A stretch of DNA of 64,000 nt, taken from Eledone cirrhosa (Eukaryota). Positions within the stretch are counted from its first letter, which is position 1. The number at the start of each line of letters is the position of its first letter. A model generated the notes under the pieces. That model was not told the origin of the DNA. It did not search any database and saw nothing but the letters and a program-made list of their open reading frames with translations. Shown here piece after piece: positions 52,101 through 64,000 of this stretch. Where the stretch lies: NCBI GenBank assembly GCA_964016885.1, contig OZ024745.1, positions 1,426,001-1,490,000 of the forward strand. Reading direction: 5' to 3'. The position numbers and the translations under genes were made by a program.

Positions 52101-55100
52101 CGAGTATTTCAGATAGTTTAGGGCGAGACCAGTGTGTTGAGTATTTCAGATAGTTTAGGGCGAGACCAGGGTGTCGAGTATTTCAGAAAGTTTAGGGCGA
52201 GACCAGTGTGCCGAGTATTTAAGATAGTTTAGGGCGAGACCAACGTGTCGAGTATTTCAGATAGTTTAGGGCGAGACCAGTGTGTCGAGTATTTCAGATA
52301 GTTTAGGGCGAGACCAGTGTGTCGAGTATTTCAGATAGTTTAGGGCGAGACCAGTGTGCCGAGTATTTAAGATAGTTTAGGGCGAGACTAGTGTGTCGAG
52401 TATTTCAGATAGTTTAGGGCGAGACCAGTGTGTCGAGTATTTCAGATATTTTAGGGCGAGACCAGTGTGCCGAGTATTTCAGATAGTTTAGGGCGAGACC
52501 AATGTGTCGAGTATTTCAGATAGTTTAGGGCGAGACCAACGTGTCGAGTATTTCAGATAGTTTAGGGCGAGACCAGTGTGTCGAGTATTTCAGATAGTTT
52601 AGGGCGAGACTTGTGTGCCGAGTATTTCAGATAGTTTAGGGCGAGACCAGTGTGTCGAGTATTTCAGACAGTTTAGGGCGAGACCAGTCTGCCGAGTATT
52701 TCAGATAGTTTAGGGCGAGACCAGTGTGTCGAGTATTTCAGATAGTTTAGGGCGAGACCAGTGTGTCGAGTATTTCAGAAAGTTTAGGGCGAGACCAGTG
52801 TGCCGAGTATTTAAGATAGTTTAGGGCGAGACCAACGTGTCGAGTATTTCAGATAGTTTAGGGCGAGACCAACGTGTCGAGTATTTCAGATTGTTTAGGG
52901 CGAGACCAGTGTGTCGTGTATTTCAGATAGTTTAGGGCGAGACTAGTGTGTCGTGTATTTCAGATAGTTTAGGGCGAGATCAGTGTGTCGAGTATTTCAG
53001 ATAGTTTAGGGCGAGACCAGTGTGTCGAGTATTTCAGATAGTTTAGGGCGAGACCAGTGTGTAGTGTATTTCAGATAGTTTAGGGCGAGACTAGTGTGTC
53101 GTGTATTTCAGATAGTTTAGGGCGATACCAGTGTGTCGTGTATTTCAGAGAGTTTAGGGCGAGACCAGTGTGTCGAGTATTTCAGATAGTTTAGGGCGAT
53201 ACCAGTGTGCCGAGTATTTCAGATAGTTTAGGGCGAGGCCAGTGTCTCGTGTATTTCAGATAGTTTAGGGCGAGACCAGTGTGTCGTGTATTTCAGATAG
53301 TTTAGGGCGAGACAAGTGTGTCGTGTATTTCAGATAGTTTAGGGCGAGACCAGTGTGTCGTGTATTTCAGATAGTTTAGGGCGAGACCAGTGTGTCGTGT
53401 ATTTCAGATAGTTTAGGGCGAGACCAGTGTGTCGTGTATTTCAGATAGTTTAGGGCGATACCAGTGTGCCGAGTATTTCAGATAGTTTAGGGCGATACCA
53501 GTGTGCCGAGTATTTCAGATAGTTTAGGGCGATACCAGTGTGCCGAGTATTTCAGATAGTTTAGGGCGAGACCAGTGTGTCGAGTATTTCAGATAGTTAA
53601 GGCCGAGACCAGTGTGTCGTGTATTTCAGATAGTTTAGGGCGAGACCAGTGTGTCGTGTATTTCAGATAGTTTAGGGCGAGACCAGTGTGTCGTGTATTT
53701 CAGATAGTTTAGGTCGAGACCAGTGTGTCGAGTATTTCAGATAGTTTAGGTCGAGACCAGTGTGTCGTGTATTTCAGATAGTTTAGGGCGAGACCAGTGT
53801 GTCGAGTATTTCAGATAGTTTAGGGCGAGAACAGTGTGTCGTGTATTTCAGATAGTTTAGGGCGAGACCAGTGTGTCGAGTATTTCAGATAGTTTAGGGC
53901 GAGACCAGTGTGTTGAGTATTTCAGATAGTTTAGGGCGAGACAAGTGTGTCGTGTATTTCAGATAGTTTAGGGCGAGACCAGTGCGTCGTGTATTTCAGA
54001 TAGTTTAGGGCGAGACCAGTGTGTCGTGTATTTCAGATAGTTTAGGGCGAGACCAGTGTGTCGATTATTTCAGATAGTTTAGGGCGATACCAGTGTGCCG
54101 AGTATTTCAGATAGTTTAGGGCGATACCAGTGCGTCGAGTATTTCAGATAGTTTAGGGCGAGACTAGTGTGTCGAGTATTTCAGATAGTTTAGGGCGAGA
54201 CTAGTGTGTCGAGTATTTCAGACAGTTTAGGGCGAGACCAGTGTGTCGAGTATTTCAGATAGTTTAGGGCGAGACTTGTGTGCCGAGTATTTCAGATAGT
54301 TTAGGGCGAGACCAGTGTGTCGAGTATTTCAGACAGTTTAGGGCGAGACCAGTCTGCCGAGTATTTCAGATAGTTTAGGGCGAGACCAGTGTGTCGAGTA
54401 TTTCAGATAGTTTAGGGCGAGACCAGTGTGTCGAGTATTTCAGAAAGTTTAGGGCGAGACCAGTGTGCCGAGTATTTAAGATAGTTTAGGGCGAGACCAA
54501 TGTGTCGAGTATTTCAGATAGTTTAGGGCGAGACCAACGTGTCGAGTATTTCAGATAGTTTAGGGCGAGACCAGTGTGTCGTGTATTTCAGATAGTTTAG
54601 GGCGAGACTAGTGTGTCGTGTATTTCAGATAGTTTAGGGCGAGATCAGTGTGTCGAGTATTTCAGATAGTTTAGGGCGAGACCAGTGTGTCGAGTATTTC
54701 AGATAGTTTAGGGCGAGACCAGTGTGTAGTGTATTTCAGATAGTTTAGTGCGAGACTAGTGTGTCGTGTATTTCAGATAGTTTAGGGCGATACCAGTGTG
54801 TCGTGTATTTCAGAGAGTTTAGGGCGAGACCAGTGTGTCGAGTATTTCAGATAGTTTAGGGCGATGCCAGTGTGCCGAGTATTTCAGATAGTTTAGGGCG
54901 AGACCAGTGTCTCGTGTATTTCAGATAGTTTAGGGCGAGACTAGTGTGTCGTGTATTTCAGATAGTTTAGGGCGAGATCAGTGTGTCGAGTATTTCCGAT
55001 AGTTTAGGGTGAGACCAGTGTGTCGTGTATTTCAGATAGTTTAGGGAGAGACTAGTGTGTCGTGTATTTCAGATAGTTTAGGGCGAGACCAGTGTGTCGA

Positions 55101-58100
55101 GTATTTCAGATAGTTTAGGGCGAGACCAGTGTGTCGAGTATTTCAGATAGTTTAGGGCGAGACCAGTGTGTCGAGTATTTCAGATAGTTTAGGGCGAGAC
55201 CAGTGTGTCGAGTATTTAAGATAGTTTAGGGGGAGACCAGTGTGTCGAGTATTTCAGATAGTTTAGGGCGAGACCAACGTGTCGAGTATTTCAGATAGTT
55301 TAGGGCGAGACCAGTGTGCCGAGTATTTCAGATAGTTTAGGGCGAGACCAACGTGTCGAGTATTTCAGATAGTTTAGGGCGAGACCAACGTGTCGAGTAT
55401 TTCAGATAGTTTAGGGCGAGACCAGTGTGTTGAGTATTTCAGATAGTTTAGGGCGAGACCAACGTGTCGAGTATTTCAGATAGTTTAGGGCGAGACCAGT
55501 GTGTTGAGTATTTCAGATAGTTTAGGGCGAGACCAGTGTGTCGAGTATTTCAGATAGTTTAGGGCGAGACCAGTGTGTCGAGTATTTCAGATAGTTTAGG
55601 GCGAGACCAGTGTGTCGAGTATTTCAGAAAGTTTAGGGCGAGACCAGTGTGCCGAGTATTTAAGATAGTTTAGGGCGAGACTAGTGTGTCGAGTATTTCA
55701 GATAGTTTAGGGCGAGACCAGTGTGTCGAGTATTTCAGATATTTTAGGGCGAGACCAGTGTGCCGAGTATTTCAGATAGTTTAGGGCGAGACCAACGTGT
55801 CGAGTATTTCAGATAGTTTAGGGCGAGACCAACGTGTCGAGTATTTCAGATAGTTTAGGGCGAGACCAGTGTGTTGAGTATTTCAGATAGTTTAGGGCGA
55901 GACCAACGTGTCGAGTATTTCAGATAGTTTAGGGCGAGACCAGTGTGTTGAGTATTTCAGATAGTTTAGGGCGAGACCAGTGTGTCGAGTATTTCAGATA
56001 GTTTAGGGCGAGACCAGTGTGTCGAGTATTTCAGATAGTTTAGGGCGAGACCAGTGTGTCGAGTATTTCAGAAAGTTTAGGGCGAGACCAGTGTGCCGAG
56101 TATTTAAGATAGTTTAGGGCGAGACTAGTGTGTCGAGTATTTCAGATAGTTTAGGGCGAGACCAGTGTGTCGTGTATTTCAGATAGTTTAGGGCGAGACC
56201 AGTGTGTCGAGTATTTCAGATAGTTTAGGGCGAGACCAGTGTGTCGAGTATTTCAGATAGTTTAGGGCGAGACCAGTGTGTCGAGTATTTCAGATAGTTT
56301 AGGGCGAGATCAGTGTGTCGAGTATTTCAGATAGTTTAGGGCGAGACCAGTGTGTCGAGTATTTCAGAAAGTTTAGGGCGAGACCAGTGTGCCGAGTATT
56401 TAAGATAGTTTAGCGCGAGACTAGTGTGTCGAGTATTTCAGATAGTTTAGGGCGAGACCAGTGTGTCGAGTATTTCAGATAGTTTAGGGCGAGACCAGTG
56501 TGTCGAGTATTTCACATAGTTTAGGGCGAGACCAGTGTGTCGAGTATTTCAGAAAGTTTAGGGCGAGACCAGTGTGCCGAGTATTTCAGATAGTTTAGGG
56601 CGAGACCAGTGTGTCGAGTATTTCAGATAGTTTAGGGCGAGACCAGTGTGCCTAGTATTTCAGATAGTTTAGGGCGAGACCAGTGTGTCGTGTATTTCAG
56701 ATATTTTAGGGCGAGACCAGTGTGTCGTGTATTTCAGATAGTTTAGGGCGAGACCAGTGTGTCGAGTATTTCAGATAGTTTAGGGCGAGACAAGTGTGTC
56801 GAGTATTTCAGATAGTTTAGGGCGAGACCAGTGTGCCGAGTATTTCAGATAGTTTAGGGCGAGACCAGTGTGTCTAGTATTTCAGATAGTTAAGGGCGAG
56901 ACCAGTGTGTCGAGTATTTCAGATAGTTTAGGGCGAGACAAGTGTGTCGAGTATTTCAGATAGTTTAGGGCGAGACCAACGTGTCGAGTATTTCAGATAG
57001 TTTAGGGCGAGACCAGTGTGTTGAGTATTTCAGATAGTTTAGGGCGAGACCAACGTGTCGAGTATTTCAGATAGTTTAGGGCGAGACCAGTGTGTTGAGT
57101 ATTTCAGATAGTTTAGGGCGAGACCAACGTGTCGAGTATTTCAGATAATTTAGGGCGAGACCAGTGTGTTGAGTATTTCAGATAGTTTAGGGCGAGACCA
57201 ACGTGTCGAGTATTTCAGATAGTTTAGGGCGAGACCAGTGTGCCGAGTATTTCAGATAGTTTAGGGCGAGACCAGTGTGTTGAGTATTTCAGATAGTTTA
57301 GGGCGAGACCAGTGTGTTGAGTATTTCAGATAGTTTAGGGCGAGACCAGTGTGTTGAGTATTTCAGATAGTTTAGGGCGAGACCAACGTGTCGAGTATTT
57401 CAGATAGTTTAGGGCGAGACCAACGTGTCGAGTATTTCAGATAGTTTAGGGCGAGACCAGTGTGTTGAGTATTTCAGATAGTTTAGGGCGAGACCAGTGT
57501 GTTGAGTATTTCAGATAGTTTAGGGCGAGACCAACGTGTCGAGTATTTCAGATAGTTTAGGGCGAGACCAACGTGTTGAGTATTTCAGATAGTTTAGGGC
57601 GAGACCAGTGTGTTGAGTATTTCAGATAGTTTAGGGCGAGACCAACGTGTCGAGTATTTCAGATAGTTTAGGGCGAGACCAACGTGTCGAGTATTTCAGA
57701 TAGTTTAGGGCGAGACCAGTGTGTTGAGTATTTCAGATAGTTTAGGGCGAGACCAACGTGTCGAGTATTTCAGATAGTTTAGGGCGAGACCAGTGTGTTG
57801 AGTATTTCAGATAGTTTAGGGCGAGACCAGTGTGTTGAGTATTTCAGATAGTTTAGGTCGAGACCAGTGTGTTGAGTATTTCAGATAGTTTAGGGCGAGA
57901 CCAACGTGTCGAGTATTTCAGATAGTTTAGGGCGAGACCAGTGTGCCGAGTATTTCAGATAGTTTAGGGCGAGACCAGTGTGTCGAGTATTTCAGATAGT
58001 TTAGGGCGAGACCAACGTGTCGAGTATTTCAGATAGTTTAGGGCGAGACCAGTGTGTCGTGTATTTCAGATAGTTTAGGGCGAGACCAACGTGTCGAGTA

Positions 58101-61100
58101 TTTCAGATAGTTTAGGGCGAGACCAGTGTGTCGTGTATTTCAGATAGTTTAGGGCGAGACCAACGTGTCGAGTATTTCAGATAGTTTAGGGCGAGACCAA
58201 CGTGTCGAGTATTTCAGATAGTTTAGGGCGAGACCAGTGTGTCGTGTATTTCAGATAGTTTAGGGCGAGACCAGTGTGTCGAGTATTTCAGATAGTTTAG
58301 GGCGAGACCAACGTGTCGTGTATTTCAGATAGTTTAGGGCGAGACCAGTGTGTTGAGTATTTCAGATAGTTTAGGGCGAGACCAGTGTGTCGAGTATTTC
58401 AGATAGTTTAGGGCGAGACCAGTGTGTTGAGTATTTCAGATAGTTTAGGGCGAGACCAACGTGTCGAGTATTTCAGATAGTTTAGGGCGAGACCAACGTG
58501 TCGAGTATTTCAGATAGTTTAGGGCGAGACCAACGTGTCGAGTATTTCAGATAGTTTAGGGCGAGACCAGTGTGCCGAGTATTTCAGATAGTTTAGGGCG
58601 AGACCAGTGTGTCGTGTATTTCAGATAGTTTAGGGCGAGACCAGTGTGCCGAGTATTTAAGATAGTTTAGGGCGAGACCAGTGTGTCGTGTATTTCAGAT
58701 AGTTTAGGGCGAGACCAGTGTGTCGAGTATTTCAGATAGTTTAGGGCGAGACCAGTGTGTCGAGTATTTCAGATAGTTAAGGCCGAGACCAGTGTGTCGT
58801 GTATTTCAGATAGTTTAGGGCGAGACAAGTGTGTCGTGTATTTCAGATAGTTTAGGGCGAGACCAGTGTGTCGTGTATTTCAGATAGTTTAGGTCGAGAC
58901 CAGTGTGTCGAGTATTTCAGATAGTTTAGGTCGAGACCAGTGTGTCGTGTATTTCAGATAGTTTAGGTCGAGACCAGTGTGTCGAGTATTTCAGATAGTT
59001 TAGGGCGAGACCAGTGTGTCGAGTATTTCAGATAGTTTAGGGCGAGACCAGTGTGTCGAGTATTTCAGATAGTTAAGGCCGAGACCAGTGTGTCGTGTAT
59101 TTCAGATAGTTTAGGTCGAGACCAGTGTGTCGTGTATTTCAGATAGTTTAGGGCGAGACCAGTGTGCCGAGTATTTAAGATAGTTTAGGGCGAGACCAGT
59201 GTGTCGTGTATTTCAGATAGTTTAGGGCGAGACCAGTGTGTCGAGTATTTCAGATAGTTTAGGGCGAGACCAGTGTGTCGAGTATTTCAGATAGTTAAGG
59301 CCGAGACCAGTGTGTCGTGTATTTCAGATAGTTTAGGGCGAGACCAGTGTGTCGTGTATTTCAGATAGTTTAGGGCGAGACCAGTGTGCCGAGTATTTAA
59401 GATAGTTTAGGGCGAGACCAGTGTGTCGTGTATTTCAGATAGTTTAGGGCGAGACCAGTGTGCCGAGTATTTAAGATAGTTTAGGGCGAGACCAGTGTGT
59501 CGTGTATTTCAGATAGTTTAGGGCGAGACCAGTGTGTCGAGTATTTCAGATAGTTTAGGTCGAGACCAGTGTGTCGTGTATTTCAGATAGTTTAGGGCGA
59601 GACCAGTGTGTCGTGTATTTCAGATAGTTTAGGGCGAGACCAGTGTGTCGAGTATTTCAGATAGTTAAGGCCGAGACCAGTGTGTCGTGTATTTCATATA
59701 GTTTAGGGCGAGACCAGTGTGTCGAGTATTTCAGATAGTTTAGGGCGAGACCAGTGTGTCGAGTATTTCAGATAGTTAAGGCCGAGACCAGTGTGTCGTG
59801 TATTTCAGATAGTTTAGGGCGAGACCAGTGTGTCGAGTATTTCAGATAGTTTAGGGCGAGACCAGTGTGTCGAGTATTTCAGATAGTTTAGGGCGAGACA
59901 AGTGTGTCGTGTATTTCAGATAGTTTAGGGCGAGACCAGTGCGTCGTGTATTTCAGATAGTTTAGGGCGAGACCAGTGTGTCGAGTATTTCAGATAGTTT
60001 AGGCCGAGACCAGTGTGTCGTGTATTTCAGATAGTTTAGGGCGAGACCAGTGTGTCGTGTATTTCAGATAGTTTAGGGCGAGACCAGTGTGCCGAGTATT
60101 TAAGATAGTTTAGGGCGAGACCAGTGTGTCGAGTATTTCAGATAATTTAGGGCGAGACCAGTGTGTCGAGTATTTCAGATAGTTTAGGGCGAGACCAGTG
60201 TGTCGAGTATTTCAGATAGTTAAGGCGGAGACCAGTGTGTCGTGTATTTCAGATAGTTTAGGGCGAGACCAGTGTGTCGTGTATTTCAGATAGTTTAGGG
60301 CGAGACCAGTGTGTCGTGTATTTCAGATAGTTTAGGTCGAGACCAGTGTGTCGAGTATTTCAGATAGTTTAGGGCGAGACCAGTGTGTCGAGTATTTCAG
60401 ATAGTTTAGGGGGAGACCAGTGTGTCGAGTATTTCAGATAGTTTAGGGCGAGACCAGTGTGTCGAGTATTTCAGATAGTTTAGGGGGAGACCAGTGTGTC
60501 GAGTATTTCAGATAGTTTAGGGCGAGACCAGTGTGTCGAGTATTTCAGATAGTTAAGGCCGAGACCAGTGTGTCGTGTATTTCAGATAGTTTAGGTCGAG
60601 ACCAGTGTGTCGTGTATTTCAGATAGTTTAGGTCGAGACCAGTGTGTCGTGTATTTCAGATAGTTTAGGGCGAGACCAGTGTGCCGAGTATTTAAGATAG
60701 TTTAGGGCGAGACAAGTGTGTCGTGTATTTCTGATAGTTTAGGGCGAGACCAGTGTGTCGAGTATTTCAGATAGTTTAGGGCGAGACCAGTGTGTCGAGT
60801 ATTTCAGATAGTTAAGGCCGAGACCAGTGTGTCGTGTATTTCAGATAGTTAAGGCCGAGACCAGTGTGTCGTGTATTTCAGATAGTTTAGGGCGAGACCA
60901 GTGTGTCGAGTATTTCAGATAGTTTAGGGCGAGACCAGTGTGTCGAGTATTTCAGATAGTTAAGGCCGAGACCAGTGTGTCGAGTATTTCAGATAGTTTA
61001 GGGCGAGACCAGTGTGTCGAGTATTTCAGATAGTTAAGGCCGAGACTAGTGTGTCGTGTATTTCAGATAGTTTAGGGCGAGACCAGTGTGTCGAGTATTT

Positions 61101-64000
61101 CAGATAGTTTAGGGCGAGACCAGTGCGTCGTGTATTTCAGATAGTTTAGGGCGAGACCAGTGTGTCGAGTATTTCAGATAGTTTAGGGCGAGACCAGTGT
61201 GTCGTGTATTTCAGATAGTTTAGGGCGAGACCAGTGCGTCGTGTATTTCAGAGAGTTTAGGGCGAGACCAACGTGTCGAGTATTTCAGATAGTTTAGGGC
61301 GAGACTAGTGTGTCGAGTATTTCAGATAGTTTAGGGCGAGACTAGTGTGTCGAGTATTTCAGATAGTTTAGGGCGAGACTAGTGTGTCGAGTATTTCAGA
61401 TAGTTTAGGGCGAGACTAGTGTGTCGAGTATTTCAGATAGTTTAGGGCGAGACCAGTGTGTCGTGTATTTCAGATAGTTTAGGGCGAGACCAGTGTGTCG
61501 TGTATTTCAGATAGTTTAGGGCGAGACTAGTGTGTCGAGTATTTCAGATAGTTTAGGGCGAGACTAGTGTGTCGAGTATTTCAGATAGTTAAGGCCGAGA
61601 CCAGTGTGTTGAGTATTTCAGATAGTTTAGGGCGAGACCAGTGTGCCGAGTATTTCAGATAGTTTAGGGCGAGACCAGTGTGTCGTGTATTTCAGAGAGT
61701 TTAGGGCGAGACCAGTGTGTCGAGTATTTCAGATAGTTTAGGGCGATACCAGTGTGCCGAGTATTTCAGATAGTTTAGGGCGAGACCAGTGTGTCGTGTA
61801 TTTCAGATAGTTTAGGGCGAGACTAGTGTGTCGTGTATTTCAGATAGTTTAGGGCGAGACCAGTGTGTCGAGTATTTCCGATAGTTTAGGGTGAGACCAG
61901 TGTGTCGTGTATTTCAGATAGTTAAGGGCGAGACCAGTGTGTCGAGTATTTCAGATAGTTAAGGCCGAGACCAGTGTGTCGTGTATTTCAGATAGTTTAG
62001 GGCGAGACCAGTGTGTCGTGTATTTCAGATAGTTTAGGGCGAGACCAGTGTGTCGTGTATTTCAGATAGTTAAGGGCGAGACCAGTGTGTCGTGTATTTC
62101 AGATAGTTTAGGTCGAGACCAGTGTGTCGTGTATTTCCGATAGTTTAGGGCGAGACCAGTGTGTCGTGTATTTCAGATAGTTAAGGGCGAGACCAGTGTG
62201 TCGTGTATTTCAGATAGTTTAGGTCGAGACCAGTGTGTCGAGTATTTCCGATAGTTTAGGGTGAGACCAGTGTGTCGTGTATTTCAGATAGTTTAGGGCG
62301 AGACTAGGGTGTCGTGTATTTCAGATAGTTTAGGGCGAGACCAGTGTGTCGAGTATTTCAGATAGTTTAGGGCGAGACCAGTGTGTCGAGTATTTCAGAT
62401 AGTTTAGGGCGAGACCAGTGTGCCGAGTATTTCAGATAGTTTAGGGCGAGACCAGTGTGCCGAGTATTTCAGATAGTTTAGGGCGAGACCAGTGTGCCGA
62501 GTATTTCAGATAGTTTAGGGCGAGACCAGTGTGTCGAGTACTTCCGATAGTTTAGGGCGAGACAAATGTGTCGAGTATTTCAGATAGTTTAGGGCGAGAC
62601 CAGTGTGCCTAGTATTTCAGATAGTTTAGGGCGAGACCAGTGTGTCGAGTATTTCAGATAGTTTAGGGCGAGACCAACGTGTCGAGTATTTCAGATAGTT
62701 TAGGGCGAGACCAGTGTGTTGAGTATTTCAGATAGTTTAGGGCGAGACCAACGTGTCGAGTATTTCAGATAATTTAGGGCGAGACCAGTGTGTTGAGTAT
62801 TTCAGATAGTTTAGGGCGAGACCAACGTGTCGAGTATTTCAGATAGTTTAGGGCGAGACCAGTGTGCCGAGTATTTCAGATAGTTTAGGGCGAGACCAGT
62901 GTCTTGAGTATTTTAGATAGTTTAGGGCGAGACCAGTGTGTTGAGTATTTCAGATAGTTTAGGGCGAGACCAGTGTGTTGAGTATTTCAGATAGTTTAGG
63001 GCGAGACCAACGTGTCGAGTATTTCAGATAGTTTAGGGCGAGACCAACGTGTCGAGTATTTCAGATAGTTTAGGGCGAGACCAGTGTGTTGAGTATTTCA
63101 GATAGTTTAGGGCGAGACCAGTGTGTTGAGTATTTCAGATAGTTTAGGGCGAGACCAACGTGTCGAGTATTTCAGATAGTTTAGGGCGAGACCAACGTGT
63201 TGAGTATTTCAGATAGTTTAGGGCGAGACCAGTGTGTTGAGTATTTCAGATAGTTTAGGGCGAGACCAACGTGTCGAGTATTTCAGATAGTTTAGGGCGA
63301 GACCAACGTGTCGAGTATTTCAGATAGTTTAGGGCGAGACCAGTGTGTTGAGTATTTCAGATAGTTTAGGGCGAGACCAACGTGTCGAGTATTTCAGATA
63401 GTTTAGGGCGAGACCAGTGTGTTGAGTATTTCAGATAGTTTAGGGCGAGACCAGTGTGTCGAGTATTTCAGATAGTTTAGGGCGAGACCAGTGTGTTGAG
63501 TATTTCAGATAGTTTAGGGCGAGACCAACGTGTCGAGTATTTCAGATAGTTTAGGGCGAGACCAGTGTGTCGTGTATTTCAGATAGTTTAGGGCGAGACC
63601 AACGTGTCGAGTATTTCAGATAGTTTAGGGCGAGACCAACGTGTTGAGTATTTCAGATAGTTTAGGGCGAGACCAGTGTGTTGAGTATTTCAGATAGTTT
63701 AGGGCGAGACCAACGTGTCGAGTATTTCAGATAGTTTAGGGCGAGACCAACGTGTCGAGTATTTCAGATAGTTTAGGGCGAGACCAGTGTGTTGAGTATT
63801 TCAGATAGTTTAGGGCGAGACCAACGTGTCGAGTATTTCAGATAGTTTAGGGCGAGACCAGTGTGTTGAGTATTTCAGATAGTTTAGGGCGAGACCAGTG
63901 TGTCGAGTATTTCAGATAGTTTAGGGCGAGACCAGTGTGTTGAGTATTTCAGATAGTTTAGGGCGAGACCAACGTGTCGAGTATTTCAGATAGTTTAGGG
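46136..64000. repeat. 37-bp satellite array (~483 copies, runs off the window)
   Basis: Unit CAGTGTGTCG(A/T)GTATTTCAGATAGTTTAGGGCGAGAC; phase is preserved from 46136 to 64000. Confidence 0.98.

Noticed and set aside
46136-64000. CRISPR-like array (37-bp repeat length)
   Set aside because: Units are contiguous with no unique spacers, there are no cas genes, and the context is eukaryotic.

Overview
Repeat-saturated animal genomic DNA with no recognisable host gene. It is probably cephalopod/octopus, inferred from the tRNA-derived SINE with a CTTTCATCC..GGGGTCGATAAAAT..GTACCAG central domain and the very dense (TA)n/(CA)n tracts. The centrepiece is an intact-ORF Penelope-like retroelement (RT + C-terminal GIY-YIG, Naiad-like, 36115-38565) with hammerhead-bearing pseudo-LTRs, fused head-to-head with an inverted ~3 kb 3' copy (32589-40089). 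Reading both strands by eye gives about 16 type-I hammerhead ribozyme (HHR) motifs from several families. They sit in the Penelope pLTRs, a tandem array of 468-bp non-coding retrozyme-like monomers carrying an octamer motif, a related 466-bp family, a 543-bp unit, and a palindrome with two U3:A8-variant hammerheads; two further palindromes are folded back on a hammerhead stem II. Many of these elements are tail-out inverted structures whose ends lie in (TA)n tracts, suggesting one autonomous/non-autonomous ribozyme-retroelement system. The window also holds RTE-type LINE fragments, SINEs, two Tc1/mariner-like MITEs, several minisatellites, a 6-kb 27-bp satellite and a >17.8-kb 37-bp TTAGGG-containing satellite with higher-order periodicity. 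Most ORF-track entries are artefacts of simple repeats. All structures were assigned by eye; no activity data are available.
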